DNA of 64,000 nucleotides from positions 10,827 to 74,826 of the forward strand of contig CAAGBN010000068.1 of assembly GCA_900768075.1 (NCBI GenBank). The letters are read 5' to 3'. The position numbers and the translations under genes were made by a program. The DNA is from Clostridia bacterium. GTDB lineage: Bacteria > Bacillota > Clostridia > Oscillospirales > Acutalibacteraceae. This document shows positions 19,353 through 29,017 of the stretch, in pieces; position 1 is the first letter of the stretch, and each line of letters opens with the position of its first letter. Below the pieces are notes generated by a model, which saw only the letters and a program-made list of their open reading frames with translations, did no database searches and was not told the DNA's origin.

Positions 19353-22300
19353 TGCCATAAATGCCCTTGACGGCAGTGTCCTCGTATCAGCGGCGGCAGG
19401 TTCAGGTAAAACTGCCGTGCTGACTCAGAGAGTTATTAACAGACTCACTGACGAGAATGACCCAATAAGTGTTGACAGATTGCTGATTGTTACTTTCACA
19501 AGGGCTGCAGCTCAGGAAATGAAACAGCGAATCAGTGATGCTTTATCGGATTTGCTGAAAAAAGACCCTGCCAACAGTAATCTTATCAATCAGCAGCTGC
19601 TTTTGCCTACAGCGAAAATCTGCACAATAGACAGCTTCTGCTCAGACCTGGTCAAAGAAAACTTCCAGGCTCTTGATTTGGCACCTGATTTCAGAATCGG
19701 TGATGAGGGTGAGCTTCAGCTACTTTCAAAGCAAGCTATGGATATGACTATGGAGCAGATGTATGAAAATGATTCAGAAGGATCTTTCAGAAATCTCACA
19801 GAGCTTCTTTTTACATCGAGAGATGACAGCAAAACGGCAGAAATGGCAGAAAAGCTCTATCATAATTCAGTGTCGTTTCCCTTCCCGGAAAGATGGCTTG
19901 ACAGCCTTTGCAGCGAGTATGACGAAAAAATAAATATCAAAGACAGCAGCTACGGAAAAATAATTCTCGAGCACACAGTCAAGGCTCTCGAATACTGCGG
20001 TGAGCTTGCCGAGAGTATACTTCAGCAGTGCGAGGGTGACGATGCCCTGATTAAGATTTTTTACGATGCCGTAACAACAGATAAGGCTCAGATTCAATAT
20101 ATCTGCGAGAGAATAGACTCAGGTGAAGGCTTCGATGAAATCAGACGAAGCGTGTATGCCTATGCTCCGACAAGAAGAAAGAATGCACCTGCCGAGCTTA
20201 AAGAAGACCCTGTATTTTTAAGTCTTGATCAGAACAGAAAAGATATCAAAAAGCAGTTTGATGAGCTTAAAAAGCTTCTTTGCTGCAGTGAGAAGGAATA
20301 TGCCGAGGATATGAAAAATCTGGGGCCGATGATGAAAATTCTCACTGAAACTGCCAAAAGATACAAGCATAACTATGACCTTGTAAAAAAGGAAAAGAAA
20401 ATAGCAGACTTCAGCGATATTACGCATATGGCTCTTCAGCTTCTTGTTAAGGAAACAGCTGAGGGTTGGGAGAGTACGCCCCTTGCAGAAAATCTTAAGG
20501 ATAATTTCAGTGAAATTCTTATAGACGAGTATCAGGATACCAATGCGGCTCAGGATATGCTTTTCACCTCTGTTTCAAAAAATAATCTCTTCCGTGTAGG
20601 CGATGTCAAGCAGAGCATTTACCGCTTCAGACAGGCAAATCCCGATATATTTATCTCTCTCAAGGATGCCTATGAGCCTTATAACAAGGAAGAAAACCGC
20701 TATCCCGCAAGAATAGTTCTCGGTAACAACTTCCGTTCACGTGAGGGTGTTACAGATATTATCAACTTTGTTTTCTCACAGATAATGAGTAAGGGCTGCG
20801 GCGATATCAACTATGATGAAAACGAAGAGCTTGTTTTCTCGGCAAAGTACTCTGACGAAACCGAAAGTCCCGCAGAGCTTCATCTTATTGATTCTGACAG
20901 TGAAGAGGAAGACGGTGACGATGCTGATATTATTCAGGCAAAACATATTTCGGGTGTAATCAGAGATATGATTGCGAGAGGCTACAAGGTCAAAGACGGT
21001 GACGCAGAAAGACCTGCAACCTATAAGGATTTCGCTATTCTTATGAGAGCGACAGGCTCAGGTAAGGGTGTGAAATACGCTGAGGTGCTCAGAAGTGAGG
21101 GTATACCCTGCTTTACTGAGGTATCAGGTGAGTTTCTCACCTCCACGGAAATCAGTCTTGCTCTTAATATTCTCAGAGTTATTGATAATCCCAAGCAGGA
21201 TGTACCTCTTCTGAGTGTGCTTATGTCGCCTGTATTCGGCTTTACAGCTGACGATGTTGCAAAGCTTCGACTTTCAGACAGACGAGGCGATATCTATACC
21301 TGTCTGCTTGGTGAATCGGAAAACGAAAAAGTAAAGGCTTTCCTTGAAAAAATCAGATATTGGCGCAATATTAGTGTGTGTCTGCGAGTCAAGGAGTTTA
21401 TCGAAGAAATATATTCCGATACGGCATTGCCGTCAATTTTTCAGGCAACTGATCCCTCAGGTATAAAAAGAGGCAACCTTATGCTTCTTTGTGACTATGC
21501 CGATATATATGAAAACTCAGGTTATGGCTCACTGTCGGGCTTCCTTGGGTTTATTGACCGTCTCGGTGATAAAAAGAGAGACATATCAGGTGCTGTCAGT
21601 GCAGCCCAGGAAAGCGACTGCGTAAAGATGATGACAATACACAAGTCAAAGGGCTTGGAGTTTCCTGTTTGCATTCTAGCTTCCTGTGCCACAAAATTCA
21701 ACAAGAGCGACGAGAAAAACAACCTTGTTATAAGTCAGAAGCACGGCATCGGTGTGAAAATGAGAAACACTGACACATTTGAGCAGTACGATACACTTTG
21801 TCATAAAGCAGTAAAGCTTGCTATGGGCAAGGATAATATCAGCGAGGAAATGCGAGTGCTTTATGTTGCCATGACGAGAGCCAGAGAAAAGCTTATTATG
21901 GTCTACTGCAAAAAGGATATAGAATCCCAATGCGCAAAGTATGCTTCAAGAATACCCTTCTGGAAAAACAGCTTTTCGCCTTATGCCGTATCATGTGCTT
22001 CAGGTATGGGCGAATGGCTTATCAGCACTCTTTTAAGACATCCCGATGCACAGGAGCTTCGTGAAATTGCAGGAACAGACGGCAGATGTGTTCTGCCTGC
22101 CAAGGGCTCGCTCAAGGTTGTTATAGCTGCTTCTTCAGGGGACACTGCCGAAGAGGACAGCGAAGAAACAGACCTTTTCCCCGATGAAGACTTTTTATCT
22201 CTTATAAAAGACAGAGCTGAATTCAGATATAAATACTCTGCACTTGCAGGCATCGTGACAAAGAGAGCGGCTTCAGAAACAGATAAGAATTTTGTTGACC

Positions 22301-22860
22301 GTGACTATTTCGCATCTTCAGAGCCAGCATTCCTTAGCACATCAGGACTTACAGGTGCTGCAAGAGGTGTAGCGACACATACATTTATTCAGTACGCTGA
22401 CTACGAAAAGGCAAAGGAAAGTGTCACAGATGAAATTGAGAGACTCCGCCAAAAGGGTATACTCAGCGAAATACAGGCAAAGGGTATAAATATAAAAGCT
22501 GCAGAAGCATTTTTCTCTTCAGAGCTTCTTTCAAGAATACTTTCAAGTGAGCTTGTTATGAGGGAGAAGAAGTTTACTGTAGAAGTGCCTGTAAGTGAGG
22601 TCTATGACGGTGTGGATGATTTCAGAGACGAAATGATAATGATTCAGGGTATTGCCGACTGTGCATTCCTTGAAGACGGAAAGCTTGTGGTTGTTGACTA
22701 CAAAACTGACCGACTCAGCAGTGAGGAAGCATTCAGAGAAAAATATGCTTCTCAGGTGCTTATTTATAAAAAAGCCCTTAAAATGTCCACGGGATACGAT
22801 GTAAAAGAGACTCTTTTATATTCATTCAACCTTGGCAAAGAAATTAAAGTAGAGGGCTGA
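19321..22860 (+). CDS. addA: Helicase-exonuclease AddAB, subunit A
   Basis: UvrD-like motifs (AAAGSGKT, IDEYQDTN) and a C-terminal PD-(D/E)XK nuclease (GIADCAF...VVDYKTD). Start taken at ATG 19321 (MARIWTKAQ). Confidence 0.9.
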   Translation: MARIWTKAQSDAINALDGSVLVSAAAGSGKTAVLTQRVINRLTDENDPISVDRLLIVTFTRAAAQEMKQRISDALSDLLKKDPANSNLINQQLLLPTAKICTIDSFCSDLVKENFQALDLAPDFRIGDEGELQLLSKQAMDMTMEQMYENDSEGSFRNLTELLFTSRDDSKTAEMAEKLYHNSVSFPFPERWLDSLCSEYDEKINIKDSSYGKIILEHTVKALEYCGELAESILQQCEGDDALIKIFYDAVTTDKAQIQYICERIDSGEGFDEIRRSVYAYAPTRRKNAPAELKEDPVFLSLDQNRKDIKKQFDELKKLLCCSEKEYAEDMKNLGPMMKILTETAKRYKHNYDLVKKEKKIADFSDITHMALQLLVKETAEGWESTPLAENLKDNFSEILIDEYQDTNAAQDMLFTSVSKNNLFRVGDVKQSIYRFRQANPDIFISLKDAYEPYNKEENRYPARIVLGNNFRSREGVTDIINFVFSQIMSKGCGDINYDENEELVFSAKYSDETESPAELHLIDSDSEEEDGDDADIIQAKHISGVIRDMIARGYKVKDGDAERPATYKDFAILMRATGSGKGVKYAEVLRSEGIPCFTEVSGEFLTSTEISLALNILRVIDNPKQDVPLLSVLMSPVFGFTADDVAKLRLSDRRGDIYTCLLGESENEKVKAFLEKIRYWRNISVCLRVKEFIEEIYSDTALPSIFQATDPSGIKRGNLMLLCDYADIYENSGYGSLSGFLGFIDRLGDKKRDISGAVSAAQESDCVKMMTIHKSKGLEFPVCILASCATKFNKSDEKNNLVISQKHGIGVKMRNTDTFEQYDTLCHKAVKLAMGKDNISEEMRVLYVAMTRAREKLIMVYCKKDIESQCAKYASRIPFWKNSFSPYAVSCASGMGEWLISTLLRHPDAQELREIAGTDGRCVLPAKGSLKVVIAASSGDTAEEDSEETDLFPDEDFLSLIKDRAEFRYKYSALAGIVTKRAASETDKNFVDRDYFASSEPAFLSTSGLTGAARGVATHTFIQYADYEKAKESVTDEIERLRQKGILSEIQAKGINIKAAEAFFSSELLSRILSSELVMREKKFTVEVPVSEVYDGVDDFRDEMIMIQGIADCAFLEDGKLVVVDYKTDRLSSEEAFREKYASQVLIYKKALKMSTGYDVKETLLYSFNLGKEIKVEG

Positions 22861-23020
22861 AGCCTTTATTTCAGGGGCTCGGGCGACTTTTTTGACACAA
22901 AAGGAAAAAATATTTTGAAATAAAGCAAAGAAATTTCAAAAATATGTTGATTTTTGATTTTGTGTGTGATACAATATCATCCGTTAAATAATGTAATGAA
23001 ACCGAAATGAGGTGAAACTA

Positions 23021-23230
23021 ATGAAAAATGATATTCATCCCAATTACGAACAGACTAAGGTAAAGTGTGCTTGTGGCGCTGTTATCGAAACAGGTTCAAC
23101 AAAGAAGGATATGCACGTTGATATTTGCTCAAACTGCCATCCCTACTTCACAGGTAAGCAGAAGCTTGTAGATACAGGCGGACGTGTTGACAGATTCAAT
23201 AAGCGTTTCAATCTTGCAAAGAACAAATAA
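23021..23230 (+). CDS. rpmE: 50S ribosomal protein L31 (Zn-ribbon type A)
   Basis: MKNDIHPNY...CACG...[13 protein letters not shown] 23021 is preferred over the GTG at 23012. Confidence 0.95.
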   Translation: MKNDIHPNYEQTKVKCACGAVIETGSTKKDMHVDICSNCHPYFTGKQKLVDTGGRVDRFNKRFNLAKNK

Positions 23231-23248
23231 GTTTTGTTTTAAAAAATC

Positions 23249-23285
23249 AGACGGCACAATTTTATGTTGTACCGTCTTATTTTCA
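23249..23285 (+). terminator. Intrinsic terminator after rpmE
   Basis: agacggcacaa / ttgtaccgtct (one mismatch), then ttattttc. Confidence 0.65.
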
Positions 23286-23302
23286 TTTAGGAGGTGAGCG
23301 GC

Positions 23303-23923
23303 GTGTCTGAATACAAAACAATAAAATCAGCATCAAGCGATGAGTTTATTGTTAAAAAATCCCGTTTTATCGGCTATGTAAAGCCCGTTAAGACTCAGGA
23401 AGAAGCTCTTGAATTCATTTCTGAAATCAAGTCAAAGCACTGGGACGCAACTCACAATGTTCACGCCTACTGCCTTCGTGAGGGCGGTATAAGGCGCTTC
23501 AGCGACGACGGCGAGCCTCAGGGTACAGCAGGGATACCCTCCCTCGATGTGCTTTTGAAAGAGGAGGTAGTCGATTGCTGTGTTGTTGTTACAAGATATT
23601 TCGGCGGTATTATGCTTGGTGCAGGCGGTCTTGTGAGAGCATATTCCCACGGGGCAAAGATTGCACTTGATGCCGGCGGTATTATAACTATGTCCCTTTG
23701 CAAAATTGTAAGGGTTGTCACCGACTATAATTTTTACGGCAGACTTGTACCCCTTATATGCGAAGAGGGCGGTATCATAGAGGATACACAGTTTACGGAT
23801 AATGTTGAGGTTACATTCAGAATACCTCAGGATAAGGTGCCGTTTTTTGAAAGCAGACTCGTTGATGTTTCCTGCGGAAAATTCCACAGTGAAGTCATCG
23901 ATGAAAAATACTGTGAAATCTGA
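23303..23923 (+). CDS. YigZ/IMPACT family protein (UPF0029)
   Basis: KSRFIGYV...HNVHAY...DDGEPQGTAG motifs. GTG 23303 sits 9 nt after AGGAGG; the track start GTG 23294 is also possible. Confidence 0.8.
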   Translation: MSEYKTIKSASSDEFIVKKSRFIGYVKPVKTQEEALEFISEIKSKHWDATHNVHAYCLREGGIRRFSDDGEPQGTAGIPSLDVLLKEEVVDCCVVVTRYFGGIMLGAGGLVRAYSHGAKIALDAGGIITMSLCKIVRVVTDYNFYGRLVPLICEEGGIIEDTQFTDNVEVTFRIPQDKVPFFESRLVDVSCGKFHSEVIDEKYCEI

Positions 23924-23940
23924 GAAAAGAAGGTGCAGCT

Positions 23941-24927
23941 ATGTCAGATATCAGACTCAGAGCTCTTGAAAATGAAGAAAAAACCTTAAGTGAGAAAGGC
24001 TTTCTTTGCAAAAACACCAAAGGAAGATTAGTTGAGGAGGGTGAGTGTCCCGTCAGAACTGCTTTTCAGCGAGACAGAGACAGAATTATCCACTGCGCTT
24101 CATTCCGCCGTCTTAAGCATAAGACACAGGTTTTTCTTTCACCTGACAGCGACCACTACAGAACGAGACTTACTCACACTCTTGAGGTGTCACAGATAGC
24201 AAGAACTATTGCTTCTGCTCTCGGACTCAACGAAACTCTCACAGAAGCTATTGCCTTAGGTCACGACTTAGGTCACACACCCTTCGGCCACGCAGGTGAG
24301 AGAGCTCTCAATGCAATATTTCCCGAGGGCTTCAAGCACTATGAGCAGAGCCTGAGAGTTGTTGATAAATTGGAAAAGCTCAACCTTACCTATGAGGTGA
24401 GAAACGGTATAGTTTGCCACACAAGAGGCGACGAGGCTGAAACCTTAGAGGGCAGAATTGTCAAGCTTGCAGATAGAATTGCTTATATCAATCACGATAT
24501 TGACGATGCTATAAGAGGCGGAGTTATCAGTGGGGGCAATCTGCCTGCTGAGGCAAAACGCTTTTTAGGTGACACTAAAAGTCAGCGCATCAACACTCTT
24601 GTAATGTCTGCTATCGAAAACACTGTTGATACGGTAGCACTTGACAGAGATGTGCAAAGTGCCTTTGACATTCTTCACGATTTTATGTTTGAGAGAGTAT
24701 ATACAAACCCTGTATGTAAGGGAGAAGAGGGCAAGGCTATGGCTTTGGTGCAGAAGCTATATGAGTTTTTCAGCACTCATCCCGACGAGCTTCCCAATGA
24801 ATACATACAGATAGCCTGGAATGAGGGCGCTGAGAGAGCGGCTGTTGACTATATCGCAGGTATGACCGACAGCTATGCACTGAAAGTATTTACAAATTAC
24901 TTCATACCCAGCGGATGGAACGGCTGA
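23941..24927 (+). CDS. dGTP triphosphohydrolase-like HD-domain protein
   Basis: FQRDRDRIIHC, RTRLTHTLEV and HDLGHTPFGH motifs. Sits in the usual position upstream of dnaG. Confidence 0.85.
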   Translation: MSDIRLRALENEEKTLSEKGFLCKNTKGRLVEEGECPVRTAFQRDRDRIIHCASFRRLKHKTQVFLSPDSDHYRTRLTHTLEVSQIARTIASALGLNETLTEAIALGHDLGHTPFGHAGERALNAIFPEGFKHYEQSLRVVDKLEKLNLTYEVRNGIVCHTRGDEAETLEGRIVKLADRIAYINHDIDDAIRGGVISGGNLPAEAKRFLGDTKSQRINTLVMSAIENTVDTVALDRDVQSAFDILHDFMFERVYTNPVCKGEEGKAMALVQKLYEFFSTHPDELPNEYIQIAWNEGAERAAVDYIAGMTDSYALKVFTNYFIPSGWNG

Positions 24928-24937
24928 GAATAATTAG

Positions 24938-24962
24938 GAATTATGAATTATGAATTATGAAT
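24938..24962. repeat. Tandem heptamer gaattat x3.5
   Basis: Direct reading: gaattat gaattat gaattat gaat. Its reverse complement recurs at 26010-26025. Confidence 0.8.
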
Positions 24963-25081
24963 CGCGGGTAAGTCCCGTCGAGGAAACAGCTCTTTTCCCG
25001 CCGAGGTAGATTTAGATTGTGATTTTACAAAAATAGTTATATACTAATGTTGAAAGTTAGTAATACAAAGGAGGAATTGGT

Positions 25082-25996
25082 ATGAAGGTTTCAAAAAAAG
25101 CTAAAAGCATTTTGAGTGTATTTTTAATGCTGATTATGGTGACTTCATTATTTTCTGCTTGTTCAGATAAACCGAGCGGCGGATACGGTAATGACCTGAA
25201 ATCCAGTGGGATTACAGATCCGTATGACAATCCTGATGTAACATTCAGCAACTTGATTTCTGAAGAAGATCAATCAGAGCTTATCAAGGATTTAGAAAAA
25301 GCAGGAATAAAGGGAGCATATATTAAAGAATATATTAACTATGTTAATGTATACAATGAAACTGCGCCCAAATCAGTTTTAGATGGTTGGAATACTTTGG
25401 ATAAAGTAAATTACGACCCTTATGATATAAACGATGTGTGGGAGCAGAAATATCCTGATTTTGTTGGTGTTTGTTGCAGAATGGCAGCATTTACATTGCT
25501 CAGAGATGATATCATAGTAAATAATACTGATTTTGAAAATCCATCTGTGATATCATTGGTTTTTGATATGAATGCATTTGAAATGATGCCCACTAAATAT
25601 ATGACAGATGAAAATCTGATGTTATATGAAAACTTTTATGCACCAATGCCTACAAGCATATCAACTGATAAAGAGGTTCATAAAAAAGTTTTGGAGCAAA
25701 CTCTTAAGGATAGAGGAATTGAGTTTAAAAATTCTGAATTAAAGTTTATAGGTCTGGTTGTTCACGATACTGTAGATGAAACTAATCCGTATTTATTTAT
25801 AGATCATGCAGGTGTTATATACGAAAAAAATGGCTCTGTATATCTTCTGGAAAAATTAGCGTTTCAGGAACCATATCAATGGATAGAGTTCCCAAGCGAA
25901 GAAGAGATAATTAAATATTTTGATTCTAAATATAATATAGATACCAGTGGTACAATGGCGGAACCTATATATATGATTAATGATAAGCTGTTTTAA
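25082..25996 (+). CDS. Lipoprotein of unknown function (low-GC insert)
   Basis: Lipobox LFSAC. AT-rich codon usage differs from its neighbours. From memory it may resemble DUF4300-type lipoproteins; this is unverified. Confidence 0.65.
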   Translation: MKVSKKAKSILSVFLMLIMVTSLFSACSDKPSGGYGNDLKSSGITDPYDNPDVTFSNLISEEDQSELIKDLEKAGIKGAYIKEYINYVNVYNETAPKSVLDGWNTLDKVNYDPYDINDVWEQKYPDFVGVCCRMAAFTLLRDDIIVNNTDFENPSVISLVFDMNAFEMMPTKYMTDENLMLYENFYAPMPTSISTDKEVHKKVLEQTLKDRGIEFKNSELKFIGLVVHDTVDETNPYLFIDHAGVIYEKNGSVYLLEKLAFQEPYQWIEFPSEEEIIKYFDSKYNIDTSGTMAEPIYMINDKLF

Positions 25997-26047
25997 TACA
26001 GTTTCCTCATTCATAATTTATAATTAAATTGAAAGGGCGGTGTAATT

Positions 26048-27817
26048 ATGGCAGGCAGATTTTCAGAAGAATTTCTCACAGAGCTGAGAATGAGATGTGA
26101 TATTGAGCAGACAATATCAATGTATGCTCCACTTAAAAGACGAGGCAAAAACCTTGTAGGACTTTGCCCGTTCCATAATGAAAAGACACCGTCATTTACG
26201 GTTTATCCTGATTCTCAGAGCTTTTACTGCTTTGGTTGCGGTGCAGGCGGTGAGGTTATCAGCTTTATAAGACGAGCAGAAAATCTTGACTACTATGAGG
26301 CTGTCAAATTCCTTGCCGACAGAGCAGGTATGGTAATGCCTAATGAAGGCTTCGACAACTCTATGGCTGAAAAGCGTCGCAGAATCTATGAGATAAACAA
26401 AGAAGCTGCAAGATTTTTCAATTCCTGCCTTTTCACAGAAGAGGGCAAGGAGGGTCTTGATTACTATAAATCAAGAGGTATGAAAAAAAGCACAATTACT
26501 CGCTTCGGCTTAGGCTTCGCACCTAATACCTGGGACAGCCTTCTGAAGCATATGAGACAGAAGGGCTACTCCTATGAGGAGCTTTATGAAGCTAATCTTG
26601 CAAATAAAAGTGAAAAAGACGGCAGAGTACGTTTCTATGACTCATTCAGAAACAGAGTAATGGTGCCTATTATAGATGTCAGAGGCAACGTAGTGGCTTT
26701 TGGCGGCAGAGTACTTGACGACTCAAAGCCTAAATATATCAACTCATCAGATACCCTTGTTTATAAAAAGAGCCTTGGCGTATTCGGCCTGAATTTTGCC
26801 AAAAATTCAAAGGAGCAAAGGCTCATTCTCGTTGAGGGTTATATGGATGCAATCACTCTTCATCAGGCAGGCTTCGATAATGTCATCGCTTGTCTCGGTA
26901 CTGCCTTTACAGGTGAAATGGCTCATCTTCTTTCACGCTATGCTGATGAGATTCTGCTTTGCTACGATAACGACGAAGCTGGTCAGAAGGCTACTGAAAG
27001 AGCCCTCGGAGTGCTTAATTCTATCGGAATGAAGGTCAGAGTAGTGCACCTCAGCGGTGGCAAGGACCCTGACGAGATACTCAGAAAATACGGCCCCGAA
27101 AGAGTCAGAAGTCTTATTGACGGTGCCGCTAATGACATAGAGTATGCTCTGCTTTCGGCAAGAAATAAGTTTGACCTTGCAACAAGCGATGGTAAAATGA
27201 AATTTCTTGATGCAGTTGCCGAAATACTTGCAAACACAAAAAATAATATCGCTCAGGATATTTATTCATCGAGACTTGCAGAGGAGCTTTCCGTCAGCAA
27301 GGAATCAATTATTGCACGTATAAATCAGATTGGCAGAAAAAAGAAGTATGCCGAAGATAAAAATAAATTCAGAAAAATTCAGCAGGATGCTATGAGAGAA
27401 GCCTCAAAGGCTGAAATCGCCAACGATACAGCCATAAAGGTGCTCAAGGCTCAGGAAATGCTTATAGCTTTTCTTTACTACAATCCCGATAAATACAGAT
27501 TTGTCGAGGATGATATATCTGCGGAAGATTTTTCCGTAGGAGACAACAAAGCAATATTTAAGGTCTTATGTGAAAGAATAAAAGATGAGCTTAGTCTGGA
27601 ATTTACCTTCTTCACAGAAAGCCTTACACCCGAACAGCTCAGTGCTTTTGTCAAAATGTGCAAGACCAATCAGGAACTAGTCAACTCTGAAAAGGTATGT
27701 TATGACTGCATTCAGATTATCACTAACAGCAAAAAGAAGAGCGAAAGCAAGCAATCTGTAACGGCTCTCAGTGATGAGGAGTTCCTTAAACTCTTCAATA
27801 AGAAGCAAAATAATTAA
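26048..27817 (+). CDS. dnaG: DNA primase
   Basis: Zn-finger CPFHNEKTPSF...CFGCG. TOPRIM segment (LVEGYMD...DNDEAG). Confidence 0.95.
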   Translation: MAGRFSEEFLTELRMRCDIEQTISMYAPLKRRGKNLVGLCPFHNEKTPSFTVYPDSQSFYCFGCGAGGEVISFIRRAENLDYYEAVKFLADRAGMVMPNEGFDNSMAEKRRRIYEINKEAARFFNSCLFTEEGKEGLDYYKSRGMKKSTITRFGLGFAPNTWDSLLKHMRQKGYSYEELYEANLANKSEKDGRVRFYDSFRNRVMVPIIDVRGNVVAFGGRVLDDSKPKYINSSDTLVYKKSLGVFGLNFAKNSKEQRLILVEGYMDAITLHQAGFDNVIACLGTAFTGEMAHLLSRYADEILLCYDNDEAGQKATERALGVLNSIGMKVRVVHLSGGKDPDEILRKYGPERVRSLIDGAANDIEYALLSARNKFDLATSDGKMKFLDAVAEILANTKNNIAQDIYSSRLAEELSVSKESIIARINQIGRKKKYAEDKNKFRKIQQDAMREASKAEIANDTAIKVLKAQEMLIAFLYYNPDKYRFVEDDISAEDFSVGDNKAIFKVLCERIKDELSLEFTFFTESLTPEQLSAFVKMCKTNQELVNSEKVCYDCIQIITNSKKKSESKQSVTALSDEEFLKLFNKKQNN

Positions 27818-27825
27818 AAAAACTC

Positions 27826-27854
27826 TTGCTAAAAATATAATTATAGATTATAAT
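27826..27854 (+). promoter_or_regulatory. Sigma-A promoter upstream of rpoD
   Basis: TTGCTA, 17-nt spacer, TATAAT. Confidence 0.55.
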
Positions 27855-27885
27855 ATACCAAATAGAAAGGCAAGGAAGTATACTT

Positions 27886-28977
27886 ATGGATAATCATGAC
27901 AAGGAATTACTCTTAAAAGCTCTTATTGATAAGGGCGTAGCCAATGGTAAAATCAACTCATCAGAAATCGACGCAGTTATCGTTGAGGCTGATGTTGATA
28001 TGGAAAAAATGGATGAAATATATACTAAGCTCGAAAGCAAGGGCGTAGAAATTATCGACGACTTCAGCGATGATGCTATTGACGATATCACTGTTGATAT
28101 TGATATGCCCAAGGATTATGACAGTGTTTCTGTTTCAGCTCTCGATGCAAAGAGTGTTATCGATGACCCCGTTAAGGTTTATCTTAAGGATATCGGCAGA
28201 GTACCTCTTTTATCACCTGAAGAGGAAATCGAGCTTGCCATCAGAATCGAAAACAACGATAAAGAAGCAAAGGAAATTCTTACAAAGGCAAACCTTCGTC
28301 TTGTTGTAAGTATTGCTAAAAAATATGTGGGCAGAGGTATGATGTTCCTTGATCTTATTCAGGAGGGTAACCTCGGTCTTATCAAGGCTGTTGATAAGTT
28401 CGACCACTCAAAGGGCTTCAAGTTCTCAACCTATGCTACCTGGTGGATCAGACAGTCAATCACAAGAGCTATTGCTGATCAGGGCAGAACAATCCGTATC
28501 CCTGTTCATATGGTTGAAACTATCAATAAGGTTAAGAAGGCAAGCAATATGCTTCTCCACCGTGACGGCAAAGAGCCTACTCCCGAGGATATCGCAAAGG
28601 AGCTCGGTCTCGGTGTTGATAAGGTAAGAGAAATCCTCAGAATTTCACAGGAGCCCGTTTCACTTGAAACTCCCATCGGTGAAGAGGAAGACAGCCACCT
28701 TGGTGACTTCATTCCCGACGAGGATGCACTTTCACCTGCTGACGCTGCAGCTATGACCTTCCTTAAGACTAAGGTAAACGAAGTGCTTGAAACTCTCACT
28801 CCAAGAGAAGCTGAAGTATTAAGACTTCGTTTTGGTCTCGGCGAGGGCACACCTCAGACTCTTGAAGAGGTTGGTAAGGCTTTCAATGTTACAAGAGAGC
28901 GTATCAGACAGATTGAAGCTAAGGCTCTTCGTAAATTAAGACATCCTAGCAGAAGCAAGCATCTCAAAGACTTATAA
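27886..28977 (+). CDS. rpoD: Primary RNA polymerase sigma factor
   Basis: Regions 1.2 to 4.2, including [27 protein letters not shown] and the region 4.2 HTH. Confidence 0.95.
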   Translation: MDNHDKELLLKALIDKGVANGKINSSEIDAVIVEADVDMEKMDEIYTKLESKGVEIIDDFSDDAIDDITVDIDMPKDYDSVSVSALDAKSVIDDPVKVYLKDIGRVPLLSPEEEIELAIRIENNDKEAKEILTKANLRLVVSIAKKYVGRGMMFLDLIQEGNLGLIKAVDKFDHSKGFKFSTYATWWIRQSITRAIADQGRTIRIPVHMVETINKVKKASNMLLHRDGKEPTPEDIAKELGLGVDKVREILRISQEPVSLETPIGEEEDSHLGDFIPDEDALSPADAAAMTFLKTKVNEVLETLTPREAEVLRLRFGLGEGTPQTLEEVGKAFNVTRERIRQIEAKALRKLRHPSRSKHLKDL

Positions 28978-28986
28978 TAAACTTTA

Positions 28987-29015
28987 AAGGACACCCTTGT
29001 GGGTGTCCTTTTTAT
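28987..29015 (+). terminator. Intrinsic terminator of rpoD
   Basis: aaggacaccc / gggtgtcctt, loop ttgt, then a T-run. Confidence 0.8.
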
Positions 29016-29017
29016 GT

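Noticed and set aside
22921-22947. The AT-rich palindrome tttgaaat-aaagcaaaga-atttcaaa upstream of rpmE as a Zur- or Fur-type box
   Set aside because: The encoded L31 is the Zn-ribbon (C+) form, which is not normally Zur-regulated. The palindrome is low complexity and does not match a box that I can name.
23432-23887. Large antisense shadow ORFs inside real genes. This one is an example; others are 491-841, 18408-18902, 30263-30709, 35014-35505, 40546-40983, 54430-54831 and 60299-60709.
   Set aside because: Each lies opposite a well-supported conserved gene, lacks an RBS and has low-complexity translated sequence. These are typical shadow frames.
23941-24927. The dGTPase-like HD protein (and AddAB/RecG) as part of an anti-phage defence island
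   Set aside because: dGTPase homologs can act in defence. This copy, however, sits in the conserved housekeeping position upstream of dnaG-rpoD. AddAB and RecG are core repair genes, and no other defence or mobility genes are nearby.
24938-24962. The heptamer tandem repeat as a phase-variation switch
   Set aside because: It lies in non-coding DNA 120 nt upstream of the lipoprotein start and is not between obvious -35 and -10 elements. It is kept only as part of the inverted-repeat observation.
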